Below are positions 43,671 to 58,899 of a DNA stretch of 64,000 nucleotides, piece after piece. The DNA lies in NCBI GenBank assembly GCA_964016885.1, contig OZ024740.1, positions 126,604,001 to 126,668,000 on the forward strand, written 5' to 3'. Below the pieces are notes generated by a model, which was given only the letters and a program-made list of their open reading frames with translations, was not told the origin of the DNA and ran no database searches. Made by a program: the position numbers and the translations under genes. Every line of letters begins with the position of its first letter. Within the stretch, counting starts at the first letter, position 1. The DNA is from Eledone cirrhosa. Taxonomy: Eukaryota.

Positions 43671-45513
43671 AATGTTTTTGGCTAGAACTAAAAACAGCTG
43701 CGTAAAATTTAAATGGATCTGGATCAGGCTGTAAATATGCCGCTTTGTTAAATATGGTTATGCCAATTCGAATACACGCTTAGGATTTCTTACTATTAGA
43801 TTTGCAGCTGCAACTTACTTTTTCGCGAAATCTTTGCAATTATGCCAGTTATATGATATATGGCAACATATTTGTTTTTAGGTTTCTTTAATCGAGTTCA
43901 TGAAAAAAGAAAAAAAATTAATAGTCGAAGATAAAACTTATCAAAACATCTTTCGCAGAATTAGGACGATCTGAAGTATATTAATGTTTGATATCTCTGT
44001 AATATATTTCTTTTATTTCCGAATTATCAGCGAACAGAATCTAAAATAATGTATTCCGATAAAGGTTATGTTAATATTTTTTTCATACTGAGTCAAAATA
44101 TTTATAGGCTGGAACATAAAATACTTTCTGCGCATTAAATCTAGCTTCGATGAAAGGCAACCACTTTTGTTAAAATATATGACTTGAAAGGATAAAATAA
44201 TAAATCCTTTCAAAGACGAGAATTTATCGCTTTCCCTAAAAGATTTGAGCATTTGTGGATTAATAAATAAACTACACGCTGCAGATTTACGCCATGCAAT
44301 TCTTACTAGGAACATGGTAAAGACTAGTTGATGGATGGATTTGATATTTCGATGGTGCCAATTATTGATTTCCCCTAAACAAATATACCACTGATCCGAA
44401 GTGTAATAGAAAAGACGTGTAATAGAAAAGAAAAATGCAAAGAAACCTCTTAAATGTGTGTATTCCCTCCTAGAACAACATCAACCAATACAACAAAGCT
44501 TCGAAGTCCGTAAACCGAGATTTGCAGATTATCTCCCTAAAACAAGTGTATCAAAAAATAAACGGTTCCAATCAGTTATACTTTATTTGCTAAAGAGGAA
44601 TAAACGCGATAGTTTAAAACCCTATTTTATGGTCTCAATTAATTCGTTTACTTTGTACCTAAAAGACATAAACTATACGAAGTCAATAAACATATTTAAT
44701 CATAATGTCATATAAATTTATAAAGAAATGGAGACTTAAGATTCGACATATATTGTCACTGTATAAAAAGAAATCTGGAGTTATAGTCTCAAATAATTCA
44801 AATAACTGGACAAACTAAATAATTAGATGTTACGTAATTTACGTATATACTCATGTGTGAAAAGAACATGAAATTTCGAATAGATTGTTATAATGACTCG
44901 GTATGTTAGTCGTGCGAGGGATATACTAAATGTTAAAAAACATAGAGATAGTTTGATGTAATTGGCGTGATGGGATATATGTAACGTAGTTATTTAGTAT
45001 CTGGGGTAAATATATATTTAGAGAATCGAATTCTCTATTAAATGTAATTAAAACATCAGCTCATATACATAAGCGAAATTCTATAAGATTCTAGTTTATT
45101 TTTGTCACAGCGGAAACTATGTAGATATGCAGCTTAAATAACCACCAACAACGCTATCGGTTGCATAAACTGTTTTTTCCTAGGACTGAGAATATGTTAT
45201 GGTGGTCAGAACATTAAAAAACCAAAGCGGAAGGCAGTGTTTCATAGACATCCTATATACTACACGTAAATATATATGCATAATGCTATGTTGAAGCACC
45301 AATAATAATTTATATAGGTAATCCAGTTAGAGGTTGTGAATACTCCGTAATGTGGATAGTTTTAGCGTACGGCGTTGTTTGACTTAACAATAGATTTCCG
45401 TAGGTGGGGAGTTTGTGAGTTCTCTTGAATTCCTATGTAAGTTTATTTTGGAGTAATACTATTGTAAGAGTGAAAAATAACATGTTCAACGGTACAAAAA
45501 GGGTTTTATTTAC

Positions 45514-45617
45514 AGTATTAACAATTGTTTCACTGATTAAGTTGTCTAAAAATTGCTGAACACTTGAATCTGTGCCACTCAATTTGAAATACGATGTTAG
45601 CTTAACCAGATCATCAT
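45514..45617 (-). ncRNA. HHR remnant with long stem II, related to the 2425 family
   Basis: Reverse complement: (a)TGATGA-tctggttaag...cttaatcagt-GAAACAATTGTT-aatact..aataaaaccc. Stem I 5' strand is replaced by (GAT)n. Confidence 0.62.
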
Positions 45618-45644
45618 CATCATCATCCTCATATATATATATAT

Positions 45645-46030
45645 CTCGTCTATATATGCGATGTACTCTCAGGCCCCGATGAAAAAAGAAACTCGTACAT
45701 CGGGATGACTTCTAACAGTTTTAAGACTCGCTGGTACGCCCACACACATTCGTTCCAGCGCCCAGACAAATCTAACCAAACTACACTCGCCGCCCACATC
45801 TGGCACCTTAAAAGGAACTCCATCCCCTTCAAGATCCAATGGAGACTACTCCAGAGAGCGCGATCCTACACGGGAGGCCATAATTGCTGTGACCTCTGCA
45901 TCTCCGAGAACTATGAGATTCTATTCGCCAAAGGCCCTCTCCTCAACAAGATCTCGGAACACCCCCTAATTGCATGCACAAGAACTATGCAAATTACAAA
46001 AACTACAGACCCCCCCCTCCGGCCCCCCGA
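45645..46030 (+). pseudogene. Naiad-like PLE GIY-YIG endonuclease fragment
   Basis: VYICDV..SYIGMTSNSFKTRWYAHTHSF..LAAHIWHLK..IQWRLL..CDLCISE..LLNK..ACMH. Confidence 0.85.
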
Positions 46031-46299
46031 CTGATATATATATCACCGCTCCACCCCCGTCCCCCCATCCCAATTCCGTCCCTCCATCTCTCATTATTAC
46101 CCTCTTTCCTCCCCTCTATCTCTCATTATTACCTTCTTTCCTCCCCTCCAGGTCTTATATAATGTGTTGTATGCCTCTGAGTAAAGTTCCGTGGCCGCAC
46201 ACACAAATTCACGTATATACCTGCTCATGTTTGCATACGTGCAGTTATGAACTCCTGCACGCACAAGTTCGTGATTTATTTATCTATTTATCTGTATAT

Positions 46300-46338
<39 letters not shown>

Positions 46339-46797
46339 GTTACTTTATTTACTTATTTATTTATTTATCTATTTATTTATTTATGTGTTTACTTATTTAC
46401 TGGTTTATTTGTTTATCTGTTTGTTTGTTTGTTTGTTTGTTAGTTAACTCGTTCATTTATTTATTAATTTATGAGTGAATGATTAGGTAATGAATAGATA
46501 AAAGATAAAAGATAGGTAACGAATAGTGAATGGTAAATAGTAAATAATAAATAGTAATTAATTACTTGATGATAATATTAATAACTTAGTAGTGATATTA
46601 ATTATTTTAATCCTCTATCAGGCCCAGTTTAAAATTTAAAATTTGTCCCACTACCATTATATTATAGACACATGTATGAGTGCGAACGAGTGGGTGTTTG
46701 TGCATATGCGTTTATGTGTACTTATTTGTATGTATGTATGTGTATGTATGCGTGTGTGCTTGTATATGTGTATGTGTGTGTATGTATATATGTATAC

Positions 46798-46863
<66 letters not shown>

Positions 46864-46868
<5 letters not shown>

Positions 46869-47765
46869 AATAAGGGCGCTGCGGAGTTGCAAATGGGTTA
46901 CATATGAAAAAAGTTTGTCCTTCATCAGTGATCTTCCAACTATCATAGGCATTTCATCGCTTTAAAGACCATATACCTCCGGTTGGTGCGAGCAACGGCT
47001 AAAAAAAGTCGTTGGGACAAGTAAATAAAGGGGACGCGAGGGTAAACAAACAAAATGGTGAGGCAACAGAAAGTGAGGAAGAAGGAGACAAGTCCCAGAT
47101 TTCTATGAATTTAAGTTCGGTGAAATCGTGAACGAGAAAATAAAGACCATCAAACCTGGTTGAAATGTGAGCAAGGAAGGAATTTCGCACAGGTCTAACG
47201 GGAGGAAGAAGGGGTCTGGTCTGGGAATTCGGTAAACATAAGTTCTGTGAAATCGTAGACGAGAGAGAAAAAATTCCGACCAGCTTGGCCGAGAATGTGA
47301 GAGAAAAGAGTTACTCACAGGTCAAACGGGAAGAAAGAGGAGGAGGAGGAGAGGTAGTGACAGAGAATGAGTGAGTGAAGGGTGAGGTGAGGAAGAGGCT
47401 AACAGAGAGAGAGAGACTGCTAGAAAGGGTAAAGATACATAGAACGAAAAAGACGGTGTAGCAGCAGAGGAAAAAATTATGTGTAAATATGATAATAAGG
47501 GCGCTGCGGAGTTGCAAATGGGTTACATATGAAAAAAGTTTGTCCTTCATCAGTGATCTTCCAACTACCATAGGCATTTCATCGCTTTAAAGACCATATA
47601 TCTCCGGTTGGTGCGAGCAACGGCTAAAAAGAGTCGTTGGGACACGTAAATAAAAGGCACGCGAGGGTAAACAAACAAAATGGTGAGGCAACAGAAAGTG
47701 AGGAAGAGGGAGACAAGTCCCAGATTTCTATGAATTTATGTTCGGTGAAATCGTGAACGAGAGAA
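46864..47765. repeat. ~625-bp partial tandem with internal ~110-bp diverged duplication
   Basis: 46864-47140 recurs at 47489-47765. 47115-47215 resembles 47242-47340. Confidence 0.85.
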
Positions 47766-47925
47766 TAATGAGATTATATATGTATGTGTGTGTATGTGTG
47801 TATATGTATATATGTGTGAATGTATGTGTTTGTGTGTGTGTGTATGTATGTGTATGTATGTGTGTGTATATGTATGTATGTGTATGTATAGTATAGTTTA
47901 TACCGAGAGACATACATACATGTAG

Positions 47926-47967
<42 letters not shown>

Positions 47968-48086
47968 ATGCGCACGTGTGTATGTGTAGAGATATATATA
48001 TATATATATATATGTGTGTGTATGTGTATGCGTGTTTGTGTGTGTGTGTGTGTGGGTGTATATGTATGTGTGTGTATGTGTATATA

Positions 48087-48142
<56 letters not shown>

Positions 48143-48696
48143 AATATTTGTATGTGTGTATGTGTAGGTATGCACATATATATATATATATATATATATG
48201 TGTGTATATATGTGTGTGTAAGTGTTTTTGTATGTGGTTGTGAGTATGTAAATATATTTTATTCTTTCCATCCTACTAAAACACTCTGGCCACCTGTGGC
48301 TTGTATGTTAACTTGACCACTCACCTCAGTCTGTGCCATGATTCGGTCTTGTTTAATGTTTAATTTCTATTACCAACCCACCTAAAATAATTTCCCTACT
48401 ATATATCTGTTGAATTACTATTCTTGGGGTTTTTATTTATTTATTTTTTTATTTATTTTCTTTATTTATTTATTCATTTATCTATTTATTCATTTATTGA
48501 TTTATTTACTTATTTATTTATTTCAAAAAAGCACTCTGGCTAATTGACCACTCCCCAAAGAAAAAAACGGCCTGTGCCATGTTGTGGTCCTGTGTATCTA
48601 AATACAATCCTACCCCAAAATCCCCCCCCCCCCCAGCCACCACCCCTCCCTTACCACTACCTAAATGTATAAATACCAGAACTTAATATGACACCC

Positions 48697-48747
48697 AGCT
48701 TCCTGAAGATTTCATCTGAATGAAACAGTACTAGTCCTGTAGAAGCT
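48697..48747 (+). ncRNA. Type I hammerhead ribozyme
   Basis: agcttc-CTGAAGA-tttcatctgaat-GAAACAG-tactagtc-CTGTA-gaagct, followed by AATAAA and the family tail to 48830. Confidence 0.85.
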
Positions 48748-48832
48748 CCTTCTATAAAATAAAAATGTTTACTCTGCCATGTATTGAGTACCTTACTTAC
48801 TGTGGTTATCCCCGACTCAACCCGGGTCCTAC

Positions 48833-48894
<62 letters not shown>

Positions 48895-49730
48895 AAAGTG
48901 GTAGTATTATTTCCCCTTTAATATCATTTATTATGAACGAACTATATAACGATGTTTTCAAGTCGTTTATTTAATTAGACGTCTAGATATTTATCCTACT
49001 TACACTAATATAATTTTAGGTATCTCAGATATGTTTTGGATATTAGTGACTAAGCTCTTACCTAATATTTAGCATCACTTACTAAGTGCTGAATGATAAT
49101 TTGAATTACATTGTTTATTGAGTTAAATATTTATTGTTTGTTCTATATTTTCTTTTAGAGTTCAATGTTTTCGTTTATTGTTTGAACATTTTCAGATGTT
49201 CTATTTATGTTTGGGCAAAAACAAAACACAGAATTAAAGGAAACATGAAAAAACAAAACAAAGAAAAAGAAAAGAAAAAATGTTGGCAACGAAAGAAATG
49301 GAAAGTGAGAAGGACAAACACACCCCGCTGACAAAATATCCAAGGCATTACAACGAAGAATGACCAGATACTCCGGCTGCATGGAAAACTTTACACTGCT
49401 GTCTGGATGAATGATGATCTTGGAGAGTGTGCCATGCATAGAGTGATCTATTGATTTTCAGCTGTATTGTTGTTTAAAATTTGCTTATTTGGTCATGGTA
49501 GGTTAGGTTTATACAAGTAGACTTCTTTTTCTTTGACGAGAAAACAATTTACCCGCTGCCTCATTTAGTGAGTTACGACGAGCATTATTTCATTCTTGTG
49601 TACTGATTTATTTCTAAAATTATGTAGACTTTTCTTATCATAGTAGCAATAACAATAATTAGATGGTCTGGAAATCAATAAGCAATGTTTGCTAGAAAAT
49701 TCCATATTTTCGGGAATTTTAATCAGCTGC

Positions 49731-49819
49731 TCTTCTTCTTCTTCTTCTTCTTCTTCTTCTTCTTCTTCTTCTTCTTCTTCTTCTTCTTCTTCTTCTTCTT
49801 CTTCTTCTTCTTCTTCTTC
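49731..49819. repeat. (TTC)n microsatellite
   Basis: Directly visible. Confidence 0.95.
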
Positions 49820-50469
49820 GTCCTCGTGCAGTGCAGCCATCGTAAGAACTAATAAAAAAACATTCTACAAATTCTCGCCGTATCACTAGGTCTCCCTGCA
49901 TCCAGCGTCACCCTTTCTCAGTCATTACAAATAGACTTTAATGCGTCCTAAACAAACGAATTGTAAAACATTTAAATTGGAATTTTATTGTCATATTACG
50001 AGCATATCCAGATTTCATTCTTCACCCAAAATTGGAAACTATAATCCATCTTAATGAACACCTGTACGGCTTCCGTTAAATGCAAACATGGAAGAGTAAG
50101 AATACATTTTACCCAGTCTGGCCTAGAAGCAGAATGTTAAATATAGTTTGAAGCGAAGACTTCGACAGGACCAGGAATGTGAATTTCTTGTCAGAACTCT
50201 ACACCTATTAGCTACATATTACATCGGACTGTAATGAAATGGTCTATGGAGAATTTGTACACAATGAGGAGGGCTATCAACTAGGTTGTGCTACAGCATA
50301 TGAGTTTCTATAGATTAAGAAAATGCCAACATATGGCAACGAAATGAAAAAGAATGTAGGTCAAACGATAGAGTGCAGCATCGGTCTCGAAGTTGGTGTA
50401 TAAATTGTGACTTTCTTACCGGTTTTGCATGCAGTTTCACACACATATATAGGTGTCTCTGTGTGTGTG

Positions 50470-50557
<88 letters not shown>

Positions 50558-50576
50558 CCATATATATATATATATA

Positions 50577-50630
<54 letters not shown>

Positions 50631-51317
50631 TATACTTATATATATTTGTATATACATGTATTTATATATATGTGTGTGTGTAAGCGTAAATTTATATGTA
50701 TATGCAGTATTTGTTTTTATTTACTTATTACAGAATGCGAGTATATATGTGCGTATGTAAGAATAGGGTGATATTAATATATTGATTGTTTGTTGGCTGG
50801 GTGGTAGCTTGTTTGGAAAACTGAATGGATGGTTTTTACAAGAGACAGAGATTGATAGCAAGAAGTAATAAATTTAAATTTTGACCTCTTTGACAATAAA
50901 CCAAAACCTTCGAAAACAATTTATTTATGATTTCTAGAAAGATCTTCACACATTTAGTTTTAATTCAATTTCCAATGCTTACAAATGGAAGTTGAAAAAT
51001 AATAAATAAACCACGAGAAAAACTAACATTATCACAATATCGTATCATCTCCGATATCATTACATATATCTTTTATCTCAAGTGATATTATCAAATTACC
51101 CGATATCAATGGTTAATAAAAAAGAAATATAATATTGTAAATACCATAATAGCGGCAAGTAGTTATAAAGTTATAACATTTTTAGAGGGATCATTAGAAA
51201 TAGAGGAGAGAAAGAGATAATTATATATGTATACATTTAAACGTATATATATATATATATATATGTAAGTATGTATGTATACGTACATACATATATGTAT
51301 ACAGACGTACAGTAGCA

Positions 51318-51367
<50 letters not shown>

Positions 51368-51519
51368 TACAGGTACACATATATATATGCACGTATCAGT
51401 TTAGCGGACGCTTATTATAACGCCGCTTTGTTCGTTTGTAAACAAACTGAACAGCCAGAATTTATGCCATACGGTGTTAAGGCAACCACGTCACCTTTTC
51501 GTTCAACACTGACACAGGA

Positions 51520-51562
51520 ACGATGTACTAGTTTCAAGCTTGTTAGCTATCATCAGCACCGT
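51520..51562 (-). ncRNA. Minimal type I hammerhead ribozyme (array unit 1)
   Basis: Reverse complement: acggtg-CTGATGA-tagct aaca agctt-GAAACTAGTA-catcgt. Confidence 0.88.
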
Positions 51563-51799
51563 ATACCCATCTGACAGATAGTTGAACGTTCGAAAGTATA
51601 TACTTTCCTTATGAAGATTAACGGCTGAGCAGCCTAATTTGCATATTGAGTGAGTTAAATCGGTCAGGCATACCGAAAACGATAAGTTGAAAATAAAATG
51701 AAAACGAAATTTCATTTATCACTCTTAGTATGGCACTTACTTAAATGTAAGTATGTATGTATACGTACATACATATATGTATACAGACGTACAGTAGCA

Positions 51800-51855
<56 letters not shown>

Positions 51856-52021
51856 CATACACATATACATACAGGTACACATACATATATGCACGTATCA
51901 GTTTAGCGGACGCTTATTATAACGCCGCTTTGTTCGTTTGTAAACAAACTGAACAGCCAGAATTTATGCCATACGGTGTTAAGGCAACCACGTCACCTTT
52001 TTGTTCAACACTGACACAGGA

Positions 52022-52064
52022 ACGATGTACTAGTTTCAAGCTTGTTAGCTATCATCAGCACCGT
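52022..52064 (-). ncRNA. Minimal hammerhead ribozyme (unit 2)
   Basis: Same motif. Confidence 0.88.
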
Positions 52065-52298
52065 ATACCCATCTGCCAGATAGTTGAACGTTCGAAAGTA
52101 TATACTTTCCTTATGAAAATTAGCGGCTGAGCAGCCTAATTTGCATATTGAGTGAGTTAAATCGCTCAGGCATACCGAAAACGATAAGTTGAAAATAAAA
52201 TGAAAACGAAATTTCATTTCTCACTAGTATGACACTTACTTAAATGTAAGTATGTATGTATACGTACATACATATATGTATACAGACGTACAGTAGCA

Positions 52299-52344
<46 letters not shown>

Positions 52345-52496
52345 TACAGGTACACATACATATATGCACGTATCAGTTTAGCGGACGCTTATTATAACGC
52401 CGCTTTGTTCGTTTGTAAACAAACTGAACAGCCAGAATTTATGCCATACGGTGTTAAGGCAACCACGTCACCTTTTTGTTCAACACTGACACAGGA

Positions 52497-52539
52497 ACGA
52501 TGTACTAGTTTCAAGCTTGTTAGCTATCATCAGCACCGT
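52497..52539 (-). ncRNA. Minimal hammerhead ribozyme (unit 3)
   Basis: Same motif. Confidence 0.88.
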
Positions 52540-52781
52540 ATACCCATCTGCCAGATAGTTGAACGTTCGACAGTATATACTTTCCTTATGAAGATTAACG
52601 GCTGAGCAGCCTAATTTGCATATTGAGTGAGTTAAATCGGTCAGGCATACCGAAAACGATAAGTTGAAAATAAAATGAAAACGAAATTTCATTTCTCACT
52701 CTTAGTATGGCACTTACTTAAATGTAAGTATGTATGTATACGTACATACATATATGTATACAGACGTGACGTACAGTAGCA

Positions 52782-52885
<104 letters not shown>

Positions 52886-53039
52886 CATACAGGTACACAT
52901 ACATATATGCACGTATCAGTTTAGCGGACGCTTATTATAACGCCGCTTTTTTAGTTTGTAAACAAACTGAACAGCCTGAATTTATGCCATACGGTGTTAA
53001 GGCAACCACGTCACCTTTTTGTTCAACACTGACACAGAA

Positions 53040-53082
53040 ACGATGTACTAGTATCAAGCTTGTTAGCTATCATCAGCACCGT
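53040..53082 (-). ncRNA. Minimal hammerhead, core-mutated (GAUA for GAAA; unit 4)
   Basis: The plus strand reads ctagtatcaag instead of ctagtttcaag. Confidence 0.75.
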
Positions 53083-53315
53083 ATACCCATCTGCCAAATA
53101 GTTGAACGTTCGAAAGTATATACTTTCCTTATGAAAATTAGCGGCTGAGCAGCCTAATTTGCATATTGAGTGAGTTAAATCGCTCAGGAATACCGAAAAC
53201 GATAAGTTCAAAATAAAATGAAAACGAAATTTCATTTCTCACTAGTATGGCACTTACTTAAATGTAAGTATGTATGTATACTACATACATATATGTATAC
53301 AGACGTTCAGTAGCA

Positions 53316-53399
<84 letters not shown>

Positions 53400-53551
53400 T
53401 ACAGCTACACATACATTTATTCACGTATCAGTTTAGCGGACGCTTATTATAACGCCGCTTTGTTCGTTTGTAAACAAACTGAACAGCCAGAATTTATGCC
53501 ATACGGTGTTAAGGCAACCACGTCACCTTTTTGTTCAACACTGACACAGGA

Positions 53552-53594
53552 ACGATGTACTAGTTTCAAGCTTGTTAGCTATCATCAGCACCGT
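53552..53594 (-). ncRNA. Minimal hammerhead ribozyme (unit 5)
   Basis: Same motif. Confidence 0.88.
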
Positions 53595-53836
53595 ATACCC
53601 ATCTGCCAGATAGTTGAACGTTCGACAGTATATACTTTCCTTATGAAGATTAACGGCTGAGCAGCCTAATTTGCATATTGAGTGAGTTAAATCGGTCAGG
53701 CATACCGAAAACGATAAGTTGAAAATAAAATGAAAACGAAATTTCATTTCTCACTCTTAGTATGGCACTTACTTAAATGTAAGTATGTATGTATACGTAC
53801 ATACATATATGTATACAAACGTGACGTACAGTAGCA

Positions 53837-53908
<72 letters not shown>

Positions 53909-54193
53909 CATACAGGTACACATACATATATGCACGTATCAGTTTAGCGGACGCTTATTATAACGCCGCTTTGTTCGTTTGTAAACAAACTGAACAGCCT
54001 GAATTTATGCCATACGGTGTCAAGGCAACCACGTCACCTTTTTGTTAAGCACTGACACAGAAACAATGTACGTGGTTGCCTTAACACCGTATGGCATAAA
54101 TACAGGCTGTTCAGTTTGTTTACAAACGAACAAAGCGGCGTTATAATAAGCGTCCGCTAAACTGATACGTGCATATATGTATGTGTACCTGTA

Positions 54194-54373
<180 letters not shown>

Positions 54374-54610
54374 TGCTACTCTACGTCTGTATACATATAT
54401 GTATGTACGTATACATACATACTTACATATAAGTAAGTGCCATATTAAGAGTGAGAAATGAAATTTCGTTTTCATTTTATTTTCAACTTATCGTTTTCGG
54501 TATGCCTGAGCGATTTAACTCACTCAATATGCAAATTAGGCTGCTCAGCCGTTAATTTTCATAAGGAAAGTATATACTTTCGAACGTTCAACTATCTGGC
54601 AGATGGGTAT

Positions 54611-54653
54611 ACGGTGCTGATGATAGCTAACAAGCTTGAAACTAGTACATCGT
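54611..54653 (+). ncRNA. Minimal hammerhead ribozyme (inverted arm)
   Basis: acggtg-CTGATGA-tagctaacaagctt-GAAACTAGTA-catcgt. Confidence 0.88.
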
Positions 54654-54803
54654 TCCTGTGTCAGTGTTGAACAAAAAGGTGACGTGGTTGCCTTAACACC
54701 GTATGGCATAAATACAGGCTGTTCAGTTTGTTTACAAACGAACAAAGCGGCGTTATAATAAGCGTCCGCTAAACTGATACGTGCATATATGTATGTGTAC
54801 CTG

Positions 54804-54861
<58 letters not shown>

Positions 54862-54974
54862 TGCTACTGTACGTCTGTATACATATATGTATGTACGTAT
54901 ACATACATACTTACATTTAAGTAAGTGCCATACTAAGAGTGAGAAATGAAATTTCGTTTTCATTTTATTTTCAT

Positions 54975-55030
<56 letters not shown>

Positions 55031-55031
<1 letters not shown>

Positions 55032-55628
55032 TTTCCATTGGAAATTCTCTCAATTTCCCATCTTTTGATAAGCGAAACCGTCGGTCATGGCACTAGAAGA
55101 GGTAATTATTTAAATCGTATTTTAATTCATTTAAATTATTGTTTAATGTTTGCTTGTTCCGCTCATATTTACAGTTCTGGTATCTCAAATTAGTACCATT
55201 GAACAACCACTATTATAGACACCATATATATTTCCATGAGTTCCTAGTACCTATTCAGATATCTATATCATTTATCTGTATTCACCTTAATGTAGAAAAA
55301 AATGCTGTATCATGCTGCTATTTCTACCAGCATGAAATATCAGCGAGTCTATAATTCCCGCTTTTTCTAACGGTCCAATAAGTGTGTGGGTCATTTTAAC
55401 GCCTTGATTCATTGACTGGACACAGGGTGATATATCTACATCTATGCGGACTTATGTTTAGTAGATTTGGAAAAGCTATCTGAAGAGCTATATCTTTCCA
55501 TTGGAAATTCTCTGAATTTCCAATCTTTTGGTAAGCGAAACCGTCGGTCATGGCACTAGAATAAGTAAATATTTAAATCGTATTTTAATTTATTTAAAAG
55601 ATTGTTTAATGTTTGCTTGTTCCGCTCA

Positions 55629-55629
<1 letters not shown>
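55031..55629 (+). mobile_element. ~465-bp-period non-coding element with direct terminal repeats and HHR
   Basis: 55031-55168 is nearly identical to 55496-55629. Flanked by (TA)n. Confidence 0.82.
55475..55554 (+). ncRNA. Type I hammerhead ribozyme
   Basis: gctat-CTGAAGA-gct..ttggaaatt/aatttccaa..agc-GAAACC-gtc-GGTC-atggc. Confidence 0.85.
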
Positions 55630-55697
<68 letters not shown>

Positions 55698-56028
55698 GTT
55701 TAACTATGGTGATTTACCACTGGGTAGATATGGTCATCATTCTGCAATGTTAACCATTACGCACTCGAAAAGCACTCGTTGTTATGCAACTCATTCATCT
55801 CTGATGTTGAATCAGGTTGGTGGTGCGGGAACGGAAAAAATTTATTATAAATTTAAATTACAGAAGGTCAAAGATTTTGCTTTTCCTTACTTGTTTATTT
55901 CTGCAAACACTATGCAAATTCCAGTGGCCAGCTTTCGTAAGAACCTGGTGACATCCATAGGTGTAAATTGCATCATGGATGTATACCAACGGTATGATGG
56001 TAAACTTTAAGGAGACAATAAAAAAAAA

Positions 56029-56079
<51 letters not shown>

Positions 56080-56185
56080 TGTGTGTGTGTCTGTGCGTGA
56101 TTTTAGAACGAGCTCTTGAAATGGCAAGAGCTCCACGGTTCAGCCCAAATGCTTTTTATTATGCTTATATATATATATATATATA

Positions 56186-57116
<931 letters not shown>

Positions 57117-57823
57117 ATTAGAATACTGGAGCGTGTTTGAGTCAAACACCCTCTTCGTATTATAGAAATGACAGTAAAAGTTATAGCTCAATGCAGTTAA
57201 ACAGAGCCAAAAAATGTTATGCCAATTTTGAAATATATTACATTATGATATAGATCCTTATTACTTACCGTTTATTATATATAACATTATGATATTTAAA
57301 CTTTATATATCATGTAAGATGTCTGGATTTTTTATATTTTAATATTGTAATATGTAACATTATGATATTTAGACTTTACATATCATGTTAGATGTCTGTA
57401 TATTTTTTTCTGTAACATCATAATTATTCCCTGTACCATTATAGTTTTTTTTAGTATTGTATTATATGATTTATATTTCCTCATTTATTATGTAACCCAG
57501 TATGAATCATTTTGTACATATTGTTTATGGTACTTGTTAATATAATGTTAACATTTTATCATTGTATTTCATTGTGACATCTATATTGTTTCTGTAAATT
57601 AACCGGGGATTATCTATTCTACTTTATTATATTGTATTGAATTATATAATTTTGTTGTTTATTATTTGTTATAAGTGTTTCTTGTAATTATATCATATTA
57701 TAGCCTCATGTATATTGGGTAGATGTATTAGTATTATTTTCACTATTACCATGCTTATTTTTAATATTCAAACTTCTAATAGGGCTTAATTTCTGTATAA
57801 TAGAACATAGATATGTGTATTGT

Positions 57824-57960
<137 letters not shown>

Positions 57961-58029
57961 ACATATATACATGTATATATTGTACCTTTTAATTTTTAAT
58001 TTGGAATTTTAATGTTGGTATAAATATCG

Positions 58030-58220
58030 GTGGATTGGCAGTATCGGTAGAGGGTCGGACGCCATGCTTTCCAGCATAGTTACGTCCCTTTACGATCTGA
58101 GTTCAAATCCCGCCGAGGTTGACTTTGCCTTTCATCCTTACGGGGTCGATAAAATAAAGTACCAGTAATGCACTGGGTAATTGCTGGCCTTGTGCCAAAA
58201 GTAGAAACAATTATTATAAT
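58030..58220 (+). mobile_element. tRNA-derived SINE (cephalopod-type)
   Basis: A-box-like tggcagtatcgg, B-box GAGTTCAAATCC, core gactttgcctttcatcc..ggggtcgataaaataaagtaccagt. Confidence 0.75.
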
Positions 58221-58475
58221 GTATTATATTGTGTTATATATAATTCCTGCTCTATATAACCACATTTGTTTAGATTTAGGTTGGTGGCTTTGGACTATAT
58301 TTGTAATATGGTTCTTAATGTTATCTACATCCTTAGTTATTATAATTTTATTATTTTTATCTTTATTTTCATTTTTATTATCGTATATCTTTGCAAGAAA
58401 TTAGTGTATGTACACTCCATATTCTTCAGAGTTTCTGGCTTGTATCTGCCGATATTACCTCTTGTTGTTTTGATT

Positions 58476-58513
58476 GCCCTGATGAGTCCTTAATAGGACG
58501 AAACATTGTCGGC
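58476..58513 (+). ncRNA. Canonical minimal type I hammerhead ribozyme
   Basis: gcc-CTGATGA-GTCCT-taat-AGGAC-GAAAC-att-GTC-ggc, then AATAAA. Confidence 0.93.
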
Positions 58514-58558
58514 TAATAAAAACTTTTGATGTATTAAAGGATTCTTTGTTTTACTCTC

Positions 58559-58601
<43 letters not shown>

Positions 58602-58607
<6 letters not shown>

Positions 58608-58725
58608 TCGGATGGCTGCAACAGGTAAACGGGTAAAAGAGAATATATATATATATATATATATTCTCTTTTACCCGTTTACCTGTTGCAGCCATCCGAC
58701 TGAGGCCATGCTGGGGCACCGCTCT
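58602..58725 (-). mobile_element. SINE 3' tail with local inverted duplication
   Basis: tcggatggctgcaacaggtaaacgggtaaaagagaat is inverted around (TA)n and followed by ggccatgctggggcaccgc. Confidence 0.6.
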
Positions 58726-58899
58726 TGTTGCTACCCATTTTATCTCCAGCCTGTACTGTTTGGTCACTGGTGCAAGAGTGAGTTCGTTGCTGCTGCCCCT
58801 AGGATTCCCTCGTGCCTTTAGTAACTAAATCTATTTAAGCATTTCTTTAATAAATAACAATATACGGTGTTTGACATAATTAAAGAAAAAAGAAATTGT

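Noticed and set aside
49187-49500. Possible host exon after ttttcag
   Set aside because: Frames are short with no homology cue. It cannot be supported without RNA-seq.
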